Source: Mobula hypostoma (taxonomy: Eukaryota). Taken from it: a stretch of 64,000 nucleotides of DNA. The notes under the pieces were generated by a model, which was given only the letters and a program-made list of their open reading frames with translations, did not search any database and was not told the DNA's origin. Below, in pieces: positions 25,500-38,058 of this stretch. The number at the start of each line of letters is the position of its first letter. The first letter of the stretch is position 1. The translations under genes and the position numbers were made by a program. Where the stretch lies: the NCBI RefSeq assembly GCF_963921235.1, contig NC_086098.1, positions 155,682,001 through 155,746,000 on the forward strand, in the 5' to 3' direction.

Positions 25500-26540
25500 G
25501 TTCAAACAGAATGGCACATTGACAGCAATCACAAGTTGCTAATGTTTTCCTGTCTCAAATTAATTTCAAGTAGTTAGCCAGATAAGCTATGTATTTCGAA
25601 TCGTGTGTTTCGCCAATGTGTTTTAGGTAAAGAACACGTCTTCTTGTCTATTCAGTTGCACACTGTATTTCAAATATGCGAAGCTCGCACCATCATTAAA
25701 GATGGTGTGTCCGAGATTTTCGAAAGCAAGAGATGAACAAAAAAATATTGGCAGTCATTAACTGATCTGTAGGGTTTTTAATAAAGTCCAAGCCAATTGT
25801 CTGTATATTTTTAGAAAACTCACTGCCAAACAGTTGTAAAGGGTTTACAATGATTTTGGAAAGCCTATTTTCCAGAAACACCCAAATCACTCACTTTACT
25901 GAAGATATTCAGCAGGAAAATTGATAAAGGTATTGAACCGACCAGAGAACTTATTGCGTGTTGTGAATAATGGAAAGTGAATCAGATGATTAAGCTGGTG
26001 CTGAGGCCGGTTCATTGTAAATTCTGCCAACCTTCGGTCAGTATGGTGTATTATATGTTTTTGTAACCACAGGTGCCTGATACTATATAATGTATATAGC
26101 CGTGGCGGGGTGAAGATACGTCTGTACCTAAGGAGGTGTAAGGCGCTCCATCCCACCGCCAGCCGGTGGGTCACCCTAAGGTAGTGTGTCACAGCTGCGT
26201 AGCCCAGGATCGATGTCACTTGAAGCAGGCGAGCAGGCGGTGTATGGTCGTATGAGAAGCTGGTGCATAACACAATCCCTGGCTATGCGACCACTGACGA
26301 CAGGCAGACAATCTTTGAAGAGTATTGACAATGGTTGTGTTTACTCGACTTGAAAAGATACTGTCCAGGAGAAGTTAATGTCAAACCACTTCTGTGGGAA
26401 AAAAATTGAGGAGAACATTCATATCATAGATAATACCATGATCGCTCACGTCATACAGCATTGCACATAATGCTGATGTAACACACATCAAAGTTGCTGG
26501 TGAACGCAGCAGGTCAGGCAGCATCTCTAGGAAGAGGTAG

Positions 26541-26576
26541 AGTCGACGTTTCGGGTCGAGATCCTTCGTCAGGACT
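26541..26576 (-). ncRNA. Minimal hammerhead ribozyme motif
   Basis: AGTC-CTGACGA-AGGATCTCGACCC-GAAA-CG-TC-GACT on the minus strand. Confidence 0.55.
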
Positions 26577-26629
26577 AACTGAAGGAAGAGCTGGTAAGAG
26601 ATTTCAAACAACTAGCTCTTCCTTCAGTT

Positions 26630-26665
26630 AGTCCTGACGAAGGGTCTCGGCCCGAAACGTCGACT
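26630..26665 (+). ncRNA. Minimal hammerhead ribozyme motif
   Basis: AGTC-CTGACGA-AGGGTCTCGGCCC-GAAA-CG-TC-GACT. Confidence 0.65.
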
Positions 26666-28469
26666 CTACCTCTTCCTAGAGATGCTGCCTGGCCTGCTGC
26701 GTTCACCAGCAACTTTGATGTGTGTTGCTTGAATTTCCAGCATCCTGCAGAATTTCTCGTGTTTACGTAATGCTGATGATGTGTTTATATCAATTAAGCA
26801 GACATTCTGGAAGTGAATGCTTATTTTTATTAGTCTCACCGATCAGGCTGAAGTAGTGAACAGCAAAATAATTCCTAGGTGTTAATAATAGTCGAAAATA
26901 GTAAACTAACAATATATATGTTTGGGACATGAGCAGCTATTAGCAGGATAATGAATTTAAGAGCAATTATTTAAGCAATGAGTGTTGTTATCCTATTTTC
27001 AGGGGATTCCCTTATTCCTCCAAGAATGTCCGAACAAACTCTATAGTTTTGTGTCATTGACAGTGGTATAAAAAGAGAGGACGTTTAACACAATGAAATT
27101 GAAAGGAACTGTTAAAATAGATTATGCCTGCGGTGCTGAGTTCCTCCACCATTTCGTCGATATATTCCCCTAATAGAAAAGGGGAGTGAAACTGGGATAC
27201 GGGGATATCTCTCAATTCCTGTCGGGCCGCACAATCAGAATCTGATAATCAGAAGCTGCCCAGATATCACAAAACAAACAGAATTTAAAGGGCGAGTTTC
27301 GAACCCTAGAAATTCCTGTCTTCTTTGCAACATAAGAAAGCGAGTCAGTGAACTTATTCTATCAATAGACAAGTGGCAGATCTCCTCCCGAATAATATAT
27401 CACCATCATGTGTCCAACTTAAATCCATCTATATCGACATTAACAAAACACCGGATGAGATTAATTTGAAGGCAACGTTGCATTTAAACCTTGAGCACAC
27501 AACTCTAATGGAAATAAGTACATCGCTATTACCAAATGGAGCGAACAATTGCAAGTCTTCTGTCATGTATTAGGATTATAAGCACAGAAACGACATTTAG
27601 TCTACATGATGCGATTTCTATTTGTTGTTACAATAACATTAATCAAAACAGCCTGAAGGAACATTTAGTCTTTTTGCATTAAACTAATTTGCATCAATCA
27701 TCCTACAGTTATCTTGAAAGGGTAAGATACTGGATTTGGGCTATTATTTGGGGGCATTAACTGCTGCATAGGGTTGCATTGCTAGCACATCCCTTCTCAC
27801 CTTTATATAATCGATATGTTTCTACAGTAATCGATTACCGAAGGTTTCAAGTTATTTCCCAATAGCTAAACCGCGCGGTTTCTGACCTGGGAGCACTTGA
27901 GAAAGTTATGTGGAGGGAAATTTAGTTTGTATCGGATTCTTGAGATACTTTTCTGTGACTGTTTCACGGAATAAGTTAGCGCACGTATTAGATACAGAGT
28001 AGATCTCCTTTACATTCTCCAAGTATTATCTCCTCGAGTTTGCAATAGTAAAATTCATTCCTGTACGTTTTCCATTCAAGCACTCCAAGGATACGAGTAT
28101 GGTGCGTTAAAAAGAATTTAATTTCACTTACAATATCGCGATAAACACTGGCATGGGCAGGGCAGCTCGAGGTAGATAGAAGGAAAAGCTGCGACACTGC
28201 CCGTCAGTGAGTACCAATCTTCAACAGATGATGAGAATTCTGCAGGAGCACCGTACCCTAAAACTAAAAGTAGAATTTAGTTAAAGAGGTCCATTATTTC
28301 TTTTCCAGCTTCAGAATCGACTTCCTCTTGGGCAATGAGACCTGGCAGGCGACTGATGGAAGCGTTTTGGAGCCAGAGACCATAATTCCATTGGATTTTA
28401 AAGGAGTTTTGGAAAGGAAGCAGGGTTAGTACTCAAGTTAAAGGCTTAAATCGGAGTAAAGCAAAATTT

Positions 28470-29165
28470 AGATTTAGATTATGAGAATACTCAGTCCTCT
28501 TTTATTGTCACTTAGAAATGCATACACGCATTAAGGAATGATACCATGTTTCTCCGGAATGATATCACAGAAAACAGGACAGACCAAAGACTAACGCTGA
28601 CAGAACCGCATAATTATAACATATAGTTACAGCAGTGCAAAGCAATACCATAATTTGATAAAGAACAGACCATGGGCACAGTAAAAAAAAGTCTCAAAAT
28701 CCCGAGTCGATCGACTCCCGAGTGCCCGATAGCAGGCGGCAAAAGGGAGAAACTCCCTGCCGTAAACCTCCAGGCACCGTCAACTTGCCGATACCTTGGA
28801 AGCAGCCGACCCCAGCCGGCACTGAGTCCATCCGTCCGAAAACTTCGAGCTTCCGACCAGCCTCTCCGATATAGCCTCCCGAGCGCCATCCTCTGCCGAG
28901 TGCTTTCGACCTCTCCCCGGCCGCTGAAACACACAAAGCCGAGTATTTCGGGCCTTCAGCTCCGGAGATTCCGGTTACCACACGGTAGCAGCAGCAGCGA
29001 AGCGGGAATTTCAGAAGTTTTCCAGATGTTCCGCTGTGCTCTCACGTCTGTATCCATCAAATCAGAATTGGGCACGGTCCCCTACTTGACAAATAACACA
29101 TATTCATCACCGAAGTGGCCGCGCGCGCTGCCGTCGCGCCGCCATCTACTCCCCCCTTCCGGGAG
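28470..29165 (-). mobile_element. Non-autonomous retroposon of about 690 bp (GC-rich 5' end, AATAAA and (AATCT)n tail)
   Basis: Unit-2-specific insertion with short AATTT TSD; related copy on the plus strand at 53905-54586. Confidence 0.65.
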
Positions 29166-29994
29166 AATTTAATGGGATTAGACCGCAAATCTCACGGATC
29201 AATTCAGAGAAGCTGTCAGCAGGCATAGTGAAGCTTGGCAAGTCGGAAGCTTTTGAAAATGAGACACAGTGAATTTAGGGAAAATATATTCCTGTCTGCG
29301 TGAACGGCAAGGTAGGTAGGACTCAGGAGTGCTGGCTGACGGAGGGAGATTGTCGTCTGCTGAAGAGAAAGGAATCGCCAGCTGGGATGTAGCAAAAAAA
29401 AACTAGGAAAACGAGAACTTCTGGAGTCCAGATAATGCCGAAATCAGGAGCGAAAAGGGACAGAAGACATCCTTGGCAGATAAGTTGATCCTAAGAGATT
29501 TTTCACATATATAAAGAACAAAAAGGGAGCTGAGGAAAGAAAAACTCCACTTTAGAAATAATTTGATCGTCGAGACAAAGGAGGACCTAATTGAATACTC
29601 CTACTCTATTTTAAAGAGGAAAAATCATGGAAGCTGGCAACCTCGAGGTCGAGCACAGTGATGCCCTGATATTATGCAAAATCGCTTTTTGTGTTTTTGA
29701 AGTGGCTGACTACCGGGATCTAACTATCTATTTCCGAAAACGTGTAGCAAGCTTAGGTGTAGTTTGTTGGATCCTTTCAGAGACTTTTGTATCTTTGTTA
29801 GCCAGACTTGAGCTTTCGGAAAACTAAAGGTTGGCTGATGTTGCATCTTTATTTTGGAGAAACTTTAAGGATAAACCACGGAATAACAGGGTGGCGAGCC
29901 GAACACTAGTGGTGGGAAAATTTCGGCAGGTGATTCTGCGAGACAGGATCCATATGCATATGGAAAAGCAAGGAATGATTAGGAATACTAGGAT

Positions 29995-31317
29995 TGAATT
30001 GAAATAGAATGATAGGATTGGGCCGAGTCAGCATGGATTTACCAAGGGCAAATCATGCTTGTCTAATCTATTGGAGTTTTTCGAGGATGTAACCAGGAAG
30101 ATAGACGCGGGAGATCCAGTGGATGTGGTGTACCTTGACTTTCAGAAGGCATTTGATAAGGTACCACATAGGAGATTGGTGGGTAAAATCAGAGCTCATG
30201 GCATTGGGGGGAGGATGTTGACATGGATAGAAAACTGGTTGGCAGATAGAAAGCAAAGGGTGGCAGTGAATGGGTGTTTCTCAGAATGGCAGGTGGTGAC
30301 TAGTGGGGTGCCACAGGGCTCGGTATTGGGACCACAGCTGTTTACGATTTACGTCAATGATTTAGAGGAAGGCATTGTGAATAGCATCAGCAAGTTTGCT
30401 GATGATACTAAGCTGGGTGGCAGTGTGACATGTGATGAGGATGTTAGGAGAATTCAAGGTGACTTGGATAGGCTGGGCGAGTGGGCAGAAACTTGGCAAA
30501 TGGTGTTTAATGTGAATAACTGTGAGGTTATTCACTTTGGGAGCAAGAACAGGAAGGCAGATTATTATCTGAACGATGTAGAGTTAGGTAAGGGTGAAAT
30601 ACAAAGAGATCTAGGAATACTTGTTCATTAGTCTCTGAAGGTGAATGAGCAAGTGCAGCAGGCAGTGAAGAAGGCTAATGGAATGTTGGCCTTTATTACA
30701 AAGGGAATTGAGTACAAGAGCAAGGAAATCCTTTTGCATTTGTACAGGGCCCTGGTGAGACCACACCTGGAGTATTGTGCGCAGTTTTGGTCTCCAGGGT
30801 TAAGGAAGGACATCCTGGCTGTGGAGGAGGTGCAGCGTAGGTTCACTAGGTTAATTCCTGGGATGTCCGGACTGTCTTACGCAGAGAGGTTAGAGAGACT
30901 GGGCTTGTACACGCTGGAATTAAGGAGATTGAGGGGGGATCTGATTGAGACATGTAAGATTATTAAGGGATTGGACAAGATAGAGGCAGGAAATATGTTC
31001 CAGATGCTGGGAGAGTCCAGTACCAGAGGGCATGGTTTAAGAATAAGGGGTAGGTCGTTTAGGACAGAGTTGAGGAGGAACTTCTTCTCCCAGAGAGTTG
31101 TGAAGGTGTGGAACGGGCTGCCTCAGAAGACAGTGGAGGCCAATTGTCTGGATGCTTTCAAGAAGGAGTTAGATAGGTATCTTATGTATAGGGGAATCAA
31201 GGGTTATGGGGACAAGGCAGAAACCGGGTATTGATAGTAGATGATCAGCCATGATCTCAGAATGGCGGTGCAGGCTCGAAGGGCCGAATGGTCTACTTCT
31301 GCACCTATTGTCTATTG
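29995..31317 (+). mobile_element. Young 5'-truncated CR1 LINE (RT to 3' UTR), one in-frame stop
   Basis: ORFs 30059-30631 (YLDFQKAFDKVPH, GVPQGSVLGP, KFADDTKLGG) and 30641-31234; (CTATTGT) tail. Confidence 0.93.
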
Positions 31318-32182
31318 AATAGCAAAGTGGTTTTGTGCGTGAGAAATCACGGCTACCGAATTTACACGGCTGTTTTGAAGATGTCACCAAAATGGTTGAT
31401 GTGGGCAGCGCTGTAGCTGACCACATGGAATGGACGTCTTGAATTATAATGAACGACTGGGATAATCTGGGATTAGACACAAGTAGGTTGGTGTGACAAT
31501 ATAGACGTATATTAAATCGTGACGGGAATATATAGAGTGAAAGGTCAAAGTCCATTTCCCACCAACGCGGTGGTTTAAGGTTTAAGGTTTAAGGTGAGAG
31601 GGTAATAGCAAAGGGGACCTATGGATAAGTTTTCATCACAAAGTTGCTGTCGATGTGGATATACCTGCCAGAGCAAGTAGTAGGCGCTGCAACAATGACG
31701 AATTTAAAAAGCCATTTGGAGATGTGCACTGATGGGGAATACGCGGAAATTTCTGGTGTATGCGTCCAGCTCAAGAAGCCTCCTTATTCAGTGTAGGACT
31801 CCTTATTCGGTGGTCCGAATAATTCGGGAGTTGATCGCAAAGCAGTGATAAATACCTTTATCTATCAGCTACTGCATTGATCGTTTCGGGCAGATGGGTC
31901 TCATTAGCCGTGGTTGGCAGCTCATCTCAGAGAAGGAAAACTCTGATCTCAAACCTACGCTGCCTTGCGTCTATACCCACTCATTGGGAAAGATTCGGAG
32001 TAAACTCCGAGGAAACAATCCGGAGTAAGAGTCCCTACAGCAGTCGTACATTGAGTTCACTTTTGGCTGGCAACTCCTGCGACGTAGCTGGTACCAAACT
32101 GTATCGGTCTCTGCCGTTCCTCTGGGTTAACCAGATGCGTGGGGAGTGGGAGCTTGCTACATGGGCAACAGCTTGCTGTTCA

Positions 32183-32351
32183 CACAAAATGCTGGTGGAA
32201 CGCAGCAGGCCAGGCAGCATCTATAGGAAGAGGTACAGTCGACGTTTCGGGCCGAGACCCTTCCTACAGATGCTGCCTGGCCTGCTGCGTTCCACCAGCA
32301 TTTTGTGTGTGTTGCTTGAATTTCCAGCATTTGCAGATTTCCTCGTGTTTG
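32183..32351. mobile_element. Fold-back Penelope-like pseudo-LTR insertion (169 bp), hammerhead core deleted
   Basis: Inverted arms; 13-bp TSD AGCTTGCTGTTCA at 32170-32182 and 32352-32364. Confidence 0.82.
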
Positions 32352-33135
32352 AGCTTGCTGTTCATATCATACTGCACAGGCATGCGTATCTAGACAGCTA
32401 GGACGCCATATCCATGGTCGACTATGACCGACGGAAGACCTCACCTCACCTCACTGTATAGGTGGCTCCTATCTTGGGGATGCACGCTAGTGAGAGATTG
32501 TTGCCTTTTCTTGTTTCATAGTATGGGGTAGGAAGAGAGTTGAAGGTGGAAGACTGGAGAAGAGCGAATGCATGTCTTTGTGAGCGGGCACGAATTGGGA
32601 AGTGCTCGAATGGCACTGTGTGTTTGCTTAGGTATCTAGCGTCATTTTGTTAAAACCCATGAAGCAGAGCGACCTCCAGTCTTCTTGTATAGTCAAGCAT
32701 TTAGATCACGACATCTCTCTGTGACAACCCCGAGGTAGTTGTGTGCAACGGGTAATCTACGTTTAAATAAATATATATTTTTTCGAATTGTACCTGCAAC
32801 TGCGCAGCCAATTCTGGAACTGGAAGGCCTCAGTAATTGCAATGCAGCCAGTTAATTTTTTTTTTGATAGCTTTCAGTTATAAATATTGTCCAGGGGAAT
32901 AATCTCCCTCGCTCCTGCTTCTCTTGAAAATAACGCCCCCAAAGGTCATGTACTGTCTCCGCACATGACCGATTGTTTAACACGCATTCGGCACCGTCCT
33001 CATTGTCAGTTCACATTGAGGGACTTGAACCCACAGCTTGCCACCTGAGAGGCCGTAGGTCAAGCCACAAGTATTAAATGAATGACACACAATTTGTTAT
33101 CGTTCCTTAATATGGACATTTCTTTGTCATTCCAG

Positions 33136-33452
33136 GTGGATAATTGTCCAGCCCTTCGATTAATCTTCCTACACCCGCGATTAAACAGATCACTGAAGGA
33201 CAGATGGCGACTCTGGTGTGACTAGTCAATACTTTTATCCCTGGACCAGTGGAGGTGTCCTGAGAACTGCATTGCAATGTCGTGGACTGGTGTCCAGCCA
33301 ATCCGGGCTATCCGGTATAGCGACCAGACATACAGCCTCAGCAGTTACCTCACGCTGACTGCTTCCAAATAGAACTCACAAGAAAAATGCACTTGTGGAG
33401 TTCTAGTCGAGTTTCCGCGGAAGCAAAGCATCCAGCGGATAGGCTGCGTAAA
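33136..33452 (+). pseudogene. Orphan sigma-like IgL constant pseudo-exon, copy 2
   Basis: Acceptor TTTGTCATTCCAG; GG*LSSPSINL..QITEGQMATLV*LVNTFIPGPVEVS*..DQTYSLSSYLTLTASK*NSQEKCTCGV..KQSIQRIGCV. Confidence 0.82.
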
Positions 33453-34451
33453 GGGGGAGCCGGGCGGATGGGTGCGCACAGTTATTTCCGGTCGGGCACA
33501 GCAACGTTCCACGATTATACCCTTTCTATTTGGAAGCGGCTTTCCTACCATAGACTTTTAAGCGCCTTTCCTACAGTTGTACTTTACATTATGGCAGGGA
33601 AAAAACAACTTTCACTTTCTAAATGTAATCTGGAATCTTTTGTTACAAAAAAGTAAAATTATATTCTTCTGGCAGCCTGTATATTTTGCGTGCCAGCCGT
33701 CGAATATAATCAGAGGAGGGGCAGCTGATGCCGTGCCCTCGTTGAATCGGATATTAACCATAAAACTGGGAAGAGGAATAAAACATTCTGTCCTTTTAAC
33801 ATTTTCAGACATTTATCAAGTTCTGGTTGATATTCGACGTCGGCGACATGTTCCTGCCCTTTGCCTTAATATTGAGAAACCCGTGGTTGTATGAATGAAT
33901 TTAATGACGATGTCTCCAAAGGCTGCAGAATTACACCATCGACAGGACATTAAGTGAGCGTGGTTGCGTGCGGAGCAGGCTGTGCCGAGGTGCCATTCCT
34001 GGGAACATGACGTAACGCCCCTAACTCAGAATTCCGGCAAAAGACCCTGATTCCTTCTCACTTCTATTTCTAATAGCAAGTTCTCAGTCTGAAACTGGAG
34101 ACATGATTGTGGTCTCCTCATCTAGGAAAATACCTTCTCTTCTTTCAGCATGTTAAGATTTGTTTGAGTTTTAAATTTGACCGTGATCTCCCCTTATTCT
34201 CGTAAATTCTAGATAAAACAGGGCCCGACTACGCAATCTCTTCACAAATGGCGATTCTGGAACTAGTGTATGAATACTTGATGAAATTTCTCCAAGTTTT
34301 TGATGAAATCTCCATCCATGGGCCAGATGGCCTAATTTTGCTCGTATGTCTTATGGTCTTTTTCAGTAGCGATAGTTAAACCAGACAATGACGTTGCCAT
34401 TTGTGTACGCAAATTCTCTCATGAGAGAGATTTAAACAACATTTGTCTTCC

Positions 34452-34595
34452 TTTAAGAGACATTTAAGAGACTACTAGACAGGTATATGGAGGAATTTAA
34501 GATGGGGGGGTATATTGGAGGCAGGGTTTAAGGGTGAGCACAACATTGTGGGCCGAAGGGCCTGTACTGTGCTGGGTTCTGTGTTCTATGTTCCT
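34452..34595 (+). mobile_element. Short CR1 3' end
   Basis: CATTTAAGAGACTACTAGACAGG..GGGCCGAAGGGCCTGTACTGTGCTG..TTCTATGTT. Confidence 0.7.
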
Positions 34596-36181
34596 TGTGG
34601 GCTGTTGGTTTGACCGTTCGGCTTTCAGGAAGCCAATGCCCAGTTACTTTTAATACACTACCGAATGTCCTGCGATTAAAATAATTGACATGTTTGTAAA
34701 ATATATTAAAATTGCAGCATGTTATTAGACAATTAAACTAACGTTTTAATTAAATTATTTCTTGAAACAAACAAACAAACAAACGAATAGTTAAAACAAT
34801 AAATTAAACTAAAGCATATTTGAAAAGCTTATTTTTCTCTTTTTCCAAATCATCTTTTTCCCTACACCCCACAAGCAGCCGTGCCTCCAATGTTTAGAAG
34901 GGCTGAATCGGGCCGAAGATGCAAGGCACATTCTGCAGTGTAATGCTGGGTGACATCCTTTCAGTTCTGCTACACTACAGGATCTTGCAGCGCTATATTT
35001 AGTACTCCAACGAAAACTAGGCGGTATGGAGATATTTTTCAAAAAAAAAATCTTTCTCAAAGCTTGAAAATGCGCACTTTAGAAAGAAATACCAAGTGCA
35101 TGTCGTCGAAAAATATTTAATCGAAACAGGAAATGCTGTTTCAGACAACTTTCCGTATAACCCTTAACATTTTATTTCAATACCCTTTCATTAGAAAGTA
35201 TGCATGATTGAAGTATAGAGGATAGGGAGGCCGGAGAGAACAAAGTAAATGTCCGGCATGGGATGAATGGAAAACGAATGGCGCACCCCATCAAGGCAAA
35301 GGTGGTCAACCACAGGTTTTTATTTATTGAGAGATACAGCACGGAACAGGCCCTTTTGGTCCAACGAGCCACACTGTCGAGCAACCTACCTATTTCAAAC
35401 GAGCCTAATCGCAGGAGAATTTACGATGATCAATTCACCTAGTAACGGGAACGTCTTTGAACGGTAGGAGGAAATCGGAGCACCCGGAAGAAACCCACGC
35501 GTTCACGGGGAAGAACAAGCAATCTCCTACACACGTCGAAAGTGAAGTCCGAACTATGGTACTCCCTGATTTGTTTCAGCAACTAATTTTATTTAAAACA
35601 TTAGTTTAATTGTTTAATTTTTGTAGCGCTGCGCTGACCGCTGCGCTACCCAGATGCCCAGGAACACGGACAAGGAGAGGCGTATGTGAATACAAGAGCT
35701 AAGATTAAGTCAGCTAACATGAATAAATGGGAAATACATCGCGGATCTTCCCCAAGATAAGCATGTCCCCGCATCGTACAAGTATTGTCAAGACAGAGGA
35801 TCAACCACGGTTCATTGCGAAATGCCGAACGGCATGCTCGGAACAGTAAAGGTGCAGCTAAACTTGAGCATAGAAAATCCTGGGAACAGTCAACAAGGCA
35901 GGGAGCCTAGGTATAAGAAGAGGCAATTCAATTGATCAGAATTCCTGATGGCAGGTTTGGTGTCTGAAACGCAAACTCTAATTTCGCCTTCCACAGACCC
36001 TGTTTGAGCTGTCGTGTCTCCAGCATGTTGTGTTTTTGCTTTAGATTTCCAGCATCTGACATTCATTTTGATTGTCGTACGAATATGACGTCGGAAGCTA
36101 GCGAGGTGCAACAGAAGGTCACGTACGCAAAAGTGCAAAAAGGAAACCATCCTTTCAAAATAATAAAGTGCTGAGTGTAAC

Positions 36182-38058
36182 TATAGAAACACAGAAAACC
36201 TACAGCACAATACAGGCCCTTCTGCCCAAAAAGCTGTGCCAAACATGTTCTTACCTTAGAAATTACCTAGGGTTACCCAAAATCCTCTGTTTTTCTGAGC
36301 TCCACGTACCTGTTCAGGAGTCTCTTAAAAATCCCTATCGTATCCTCCTCCACCACCATCGCCGTAGCCCATTCCACGCACTCACCATGCTCTGCGTGAA
36401 AAAACTTACCCCTGACATCTCCACTGTACCTTCTTCCAAGCACCTTAAAACTGTGCCCTCTCGTGCTAGCCATTTCAGCACTGGGAAAATGACCCTGACT
36501 ATCCACACGATCAATGCCTCTCATCATCTTATACACCTCTATCAGGCCACCTCAACCTCCGTCGCTCCAAGGAAAAAAGGCCGAGTTCACTCAACTTATT
36601 GTCAGTATCTCCAGTTGAACTTTGTCTTTTTGTGTGTTTTCCCCCTAGTTGTCAGTCTGTGGTTTTGTATTGCCATGTGCTCGCGTATGTTTTCAAGCCC
36701 CATGTGCTCCTGTCCCCGCACCTGCTCTACTCCGGCCCCTGTACTACTGAGTACTCCGCTTTTCACCTGTTTCTCATTTTTACCAGTTTTGCTACCACCT
36801 GTGTCTCATTGTTCTCCACCTATCATCCGCCTCTCTGTTTACTGCTCAGTGTATTTTAATCCTGTGTTTTCACCTGTTTGTTCCAAACTGTACCAGTGCG
36901 TTTTCCTGAGCTTTTCCAGCATTCGTATCTGAACTCTGTCCGTCCGAATATCGACTCTGCCTGTTTCCTGATTTTGGTTTTTGGATTTCTCTGGAATTTT
37001 TGATCTCCACCTGAACTTTGACACCAACTTTGTTGCCCTTCTGGATTTGCTACTCAGTAAATATCACAGTGCGCACAGTACTTGGTCTGCGATTGGGTCC
37101 CTGCTTTAGCGCCCTGACACCTATTCTCATAAGGCATTCTCCCCAATCCAGGCAACATCCTTGTAAATCTCCTTTGCACCCTTTCTATGTTTTGCACATC
37201 CTTCATGTAGTGAGGTGACCAGAACTGAGCATAGAACTCCAAGTGGGGTCTGACCAGGGTCATATATAGCTGCAACATTGCCTCTCGGCTCCTAAGCTCA
37301 ATCCCACGATTGATGAGAGCCAATGTACCTTAAGCTTTCTTAACTACAGAGTCACATTGCGCAGCAGCTTTGAGTGTCCTGTGGACTCGGACCCCGAGAT
37401 CCTTCTGCTGCTCCACACTGCCAAGGGTCTTACCATTAATACTATATTCTGTCATCATATTTGACCTACCAAAATGAACCACCTCACACTTATCTGGATT
37501 GAACTCCATCTGCCACTTCGCAGCCCAGCTGTGCATCCTATCAATATCCCACTGTAACCACTGACGGTCCTCCACACTATCCACAACATCCCCAACCTTT
37601 GTGTCATCAGCAAATTTACTAACCCATCCCTCCACTTCCTCATCCAGGTCATTTATAAAAATCACAAACAGTAGGCGTCCCAGATAGATCGCTGAGGCAC
37701 ACCACTGGTGACCAACCTTCATGCAGAATATGACCCGTCTACAATCATTCTTTGCCTTCCGTGGACAAACCAGTTCTGGAACAACAAAGCAATGTCCTCT
37801 TGGATCTCATTCCTCCTTACTTTCTCAATAAGTCTTGCATGGGGTACCTTGTCAAATGCCTTGCTGAAATTCATATACACTACATCTACTGCTCTGTCTT
37901 CTTCAATGTGTTTAGTCACATCCTCAAAAAATTCAAGCAGTCACGTAAGGCACGACCTGCGTTTCACAAAGCTTCGCTGAATATTCCTAATCATATTATG
38001 CATCTCCAAATATTCATAAATCCTGCCTCAAGGATCTTCTCCATCAACTTACCAACCA
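36182..38058 (-). mobile_element. CR1 LINE 3' part interrupted by a solo LTR
   Basis: Minus ORFs 37708-37980 region, 37330-37722 (FADDTKVG), 37054-37323 and 36273-36536. Confidence 0.88.
36600..37119. mobile_element. Solo LTR (520 bp)
   Basis: TGTCAG...CTGACA termini; 5-bp TSD CTTAT/CCTAT splitting CR1 CAACCTATTCTC. Confidence 0.8.

Larger units (their letters stand above)
26479..26767. mobile_element. Fold-back Penelope-like pseudo-LTR insertion (289 bp)
   Basis: Inverted arms of about 120 bp; 11-bp TSD TAATGCTGATG at 26468-26478 and 26768-26778. Confidence 0.85.

Noticed and set aside
32237-32265. Hammerhead-like GAAACGTC motif (also 61462-61490)
   Set aside because: The CTGANGA catalytic core is deleted or altered.
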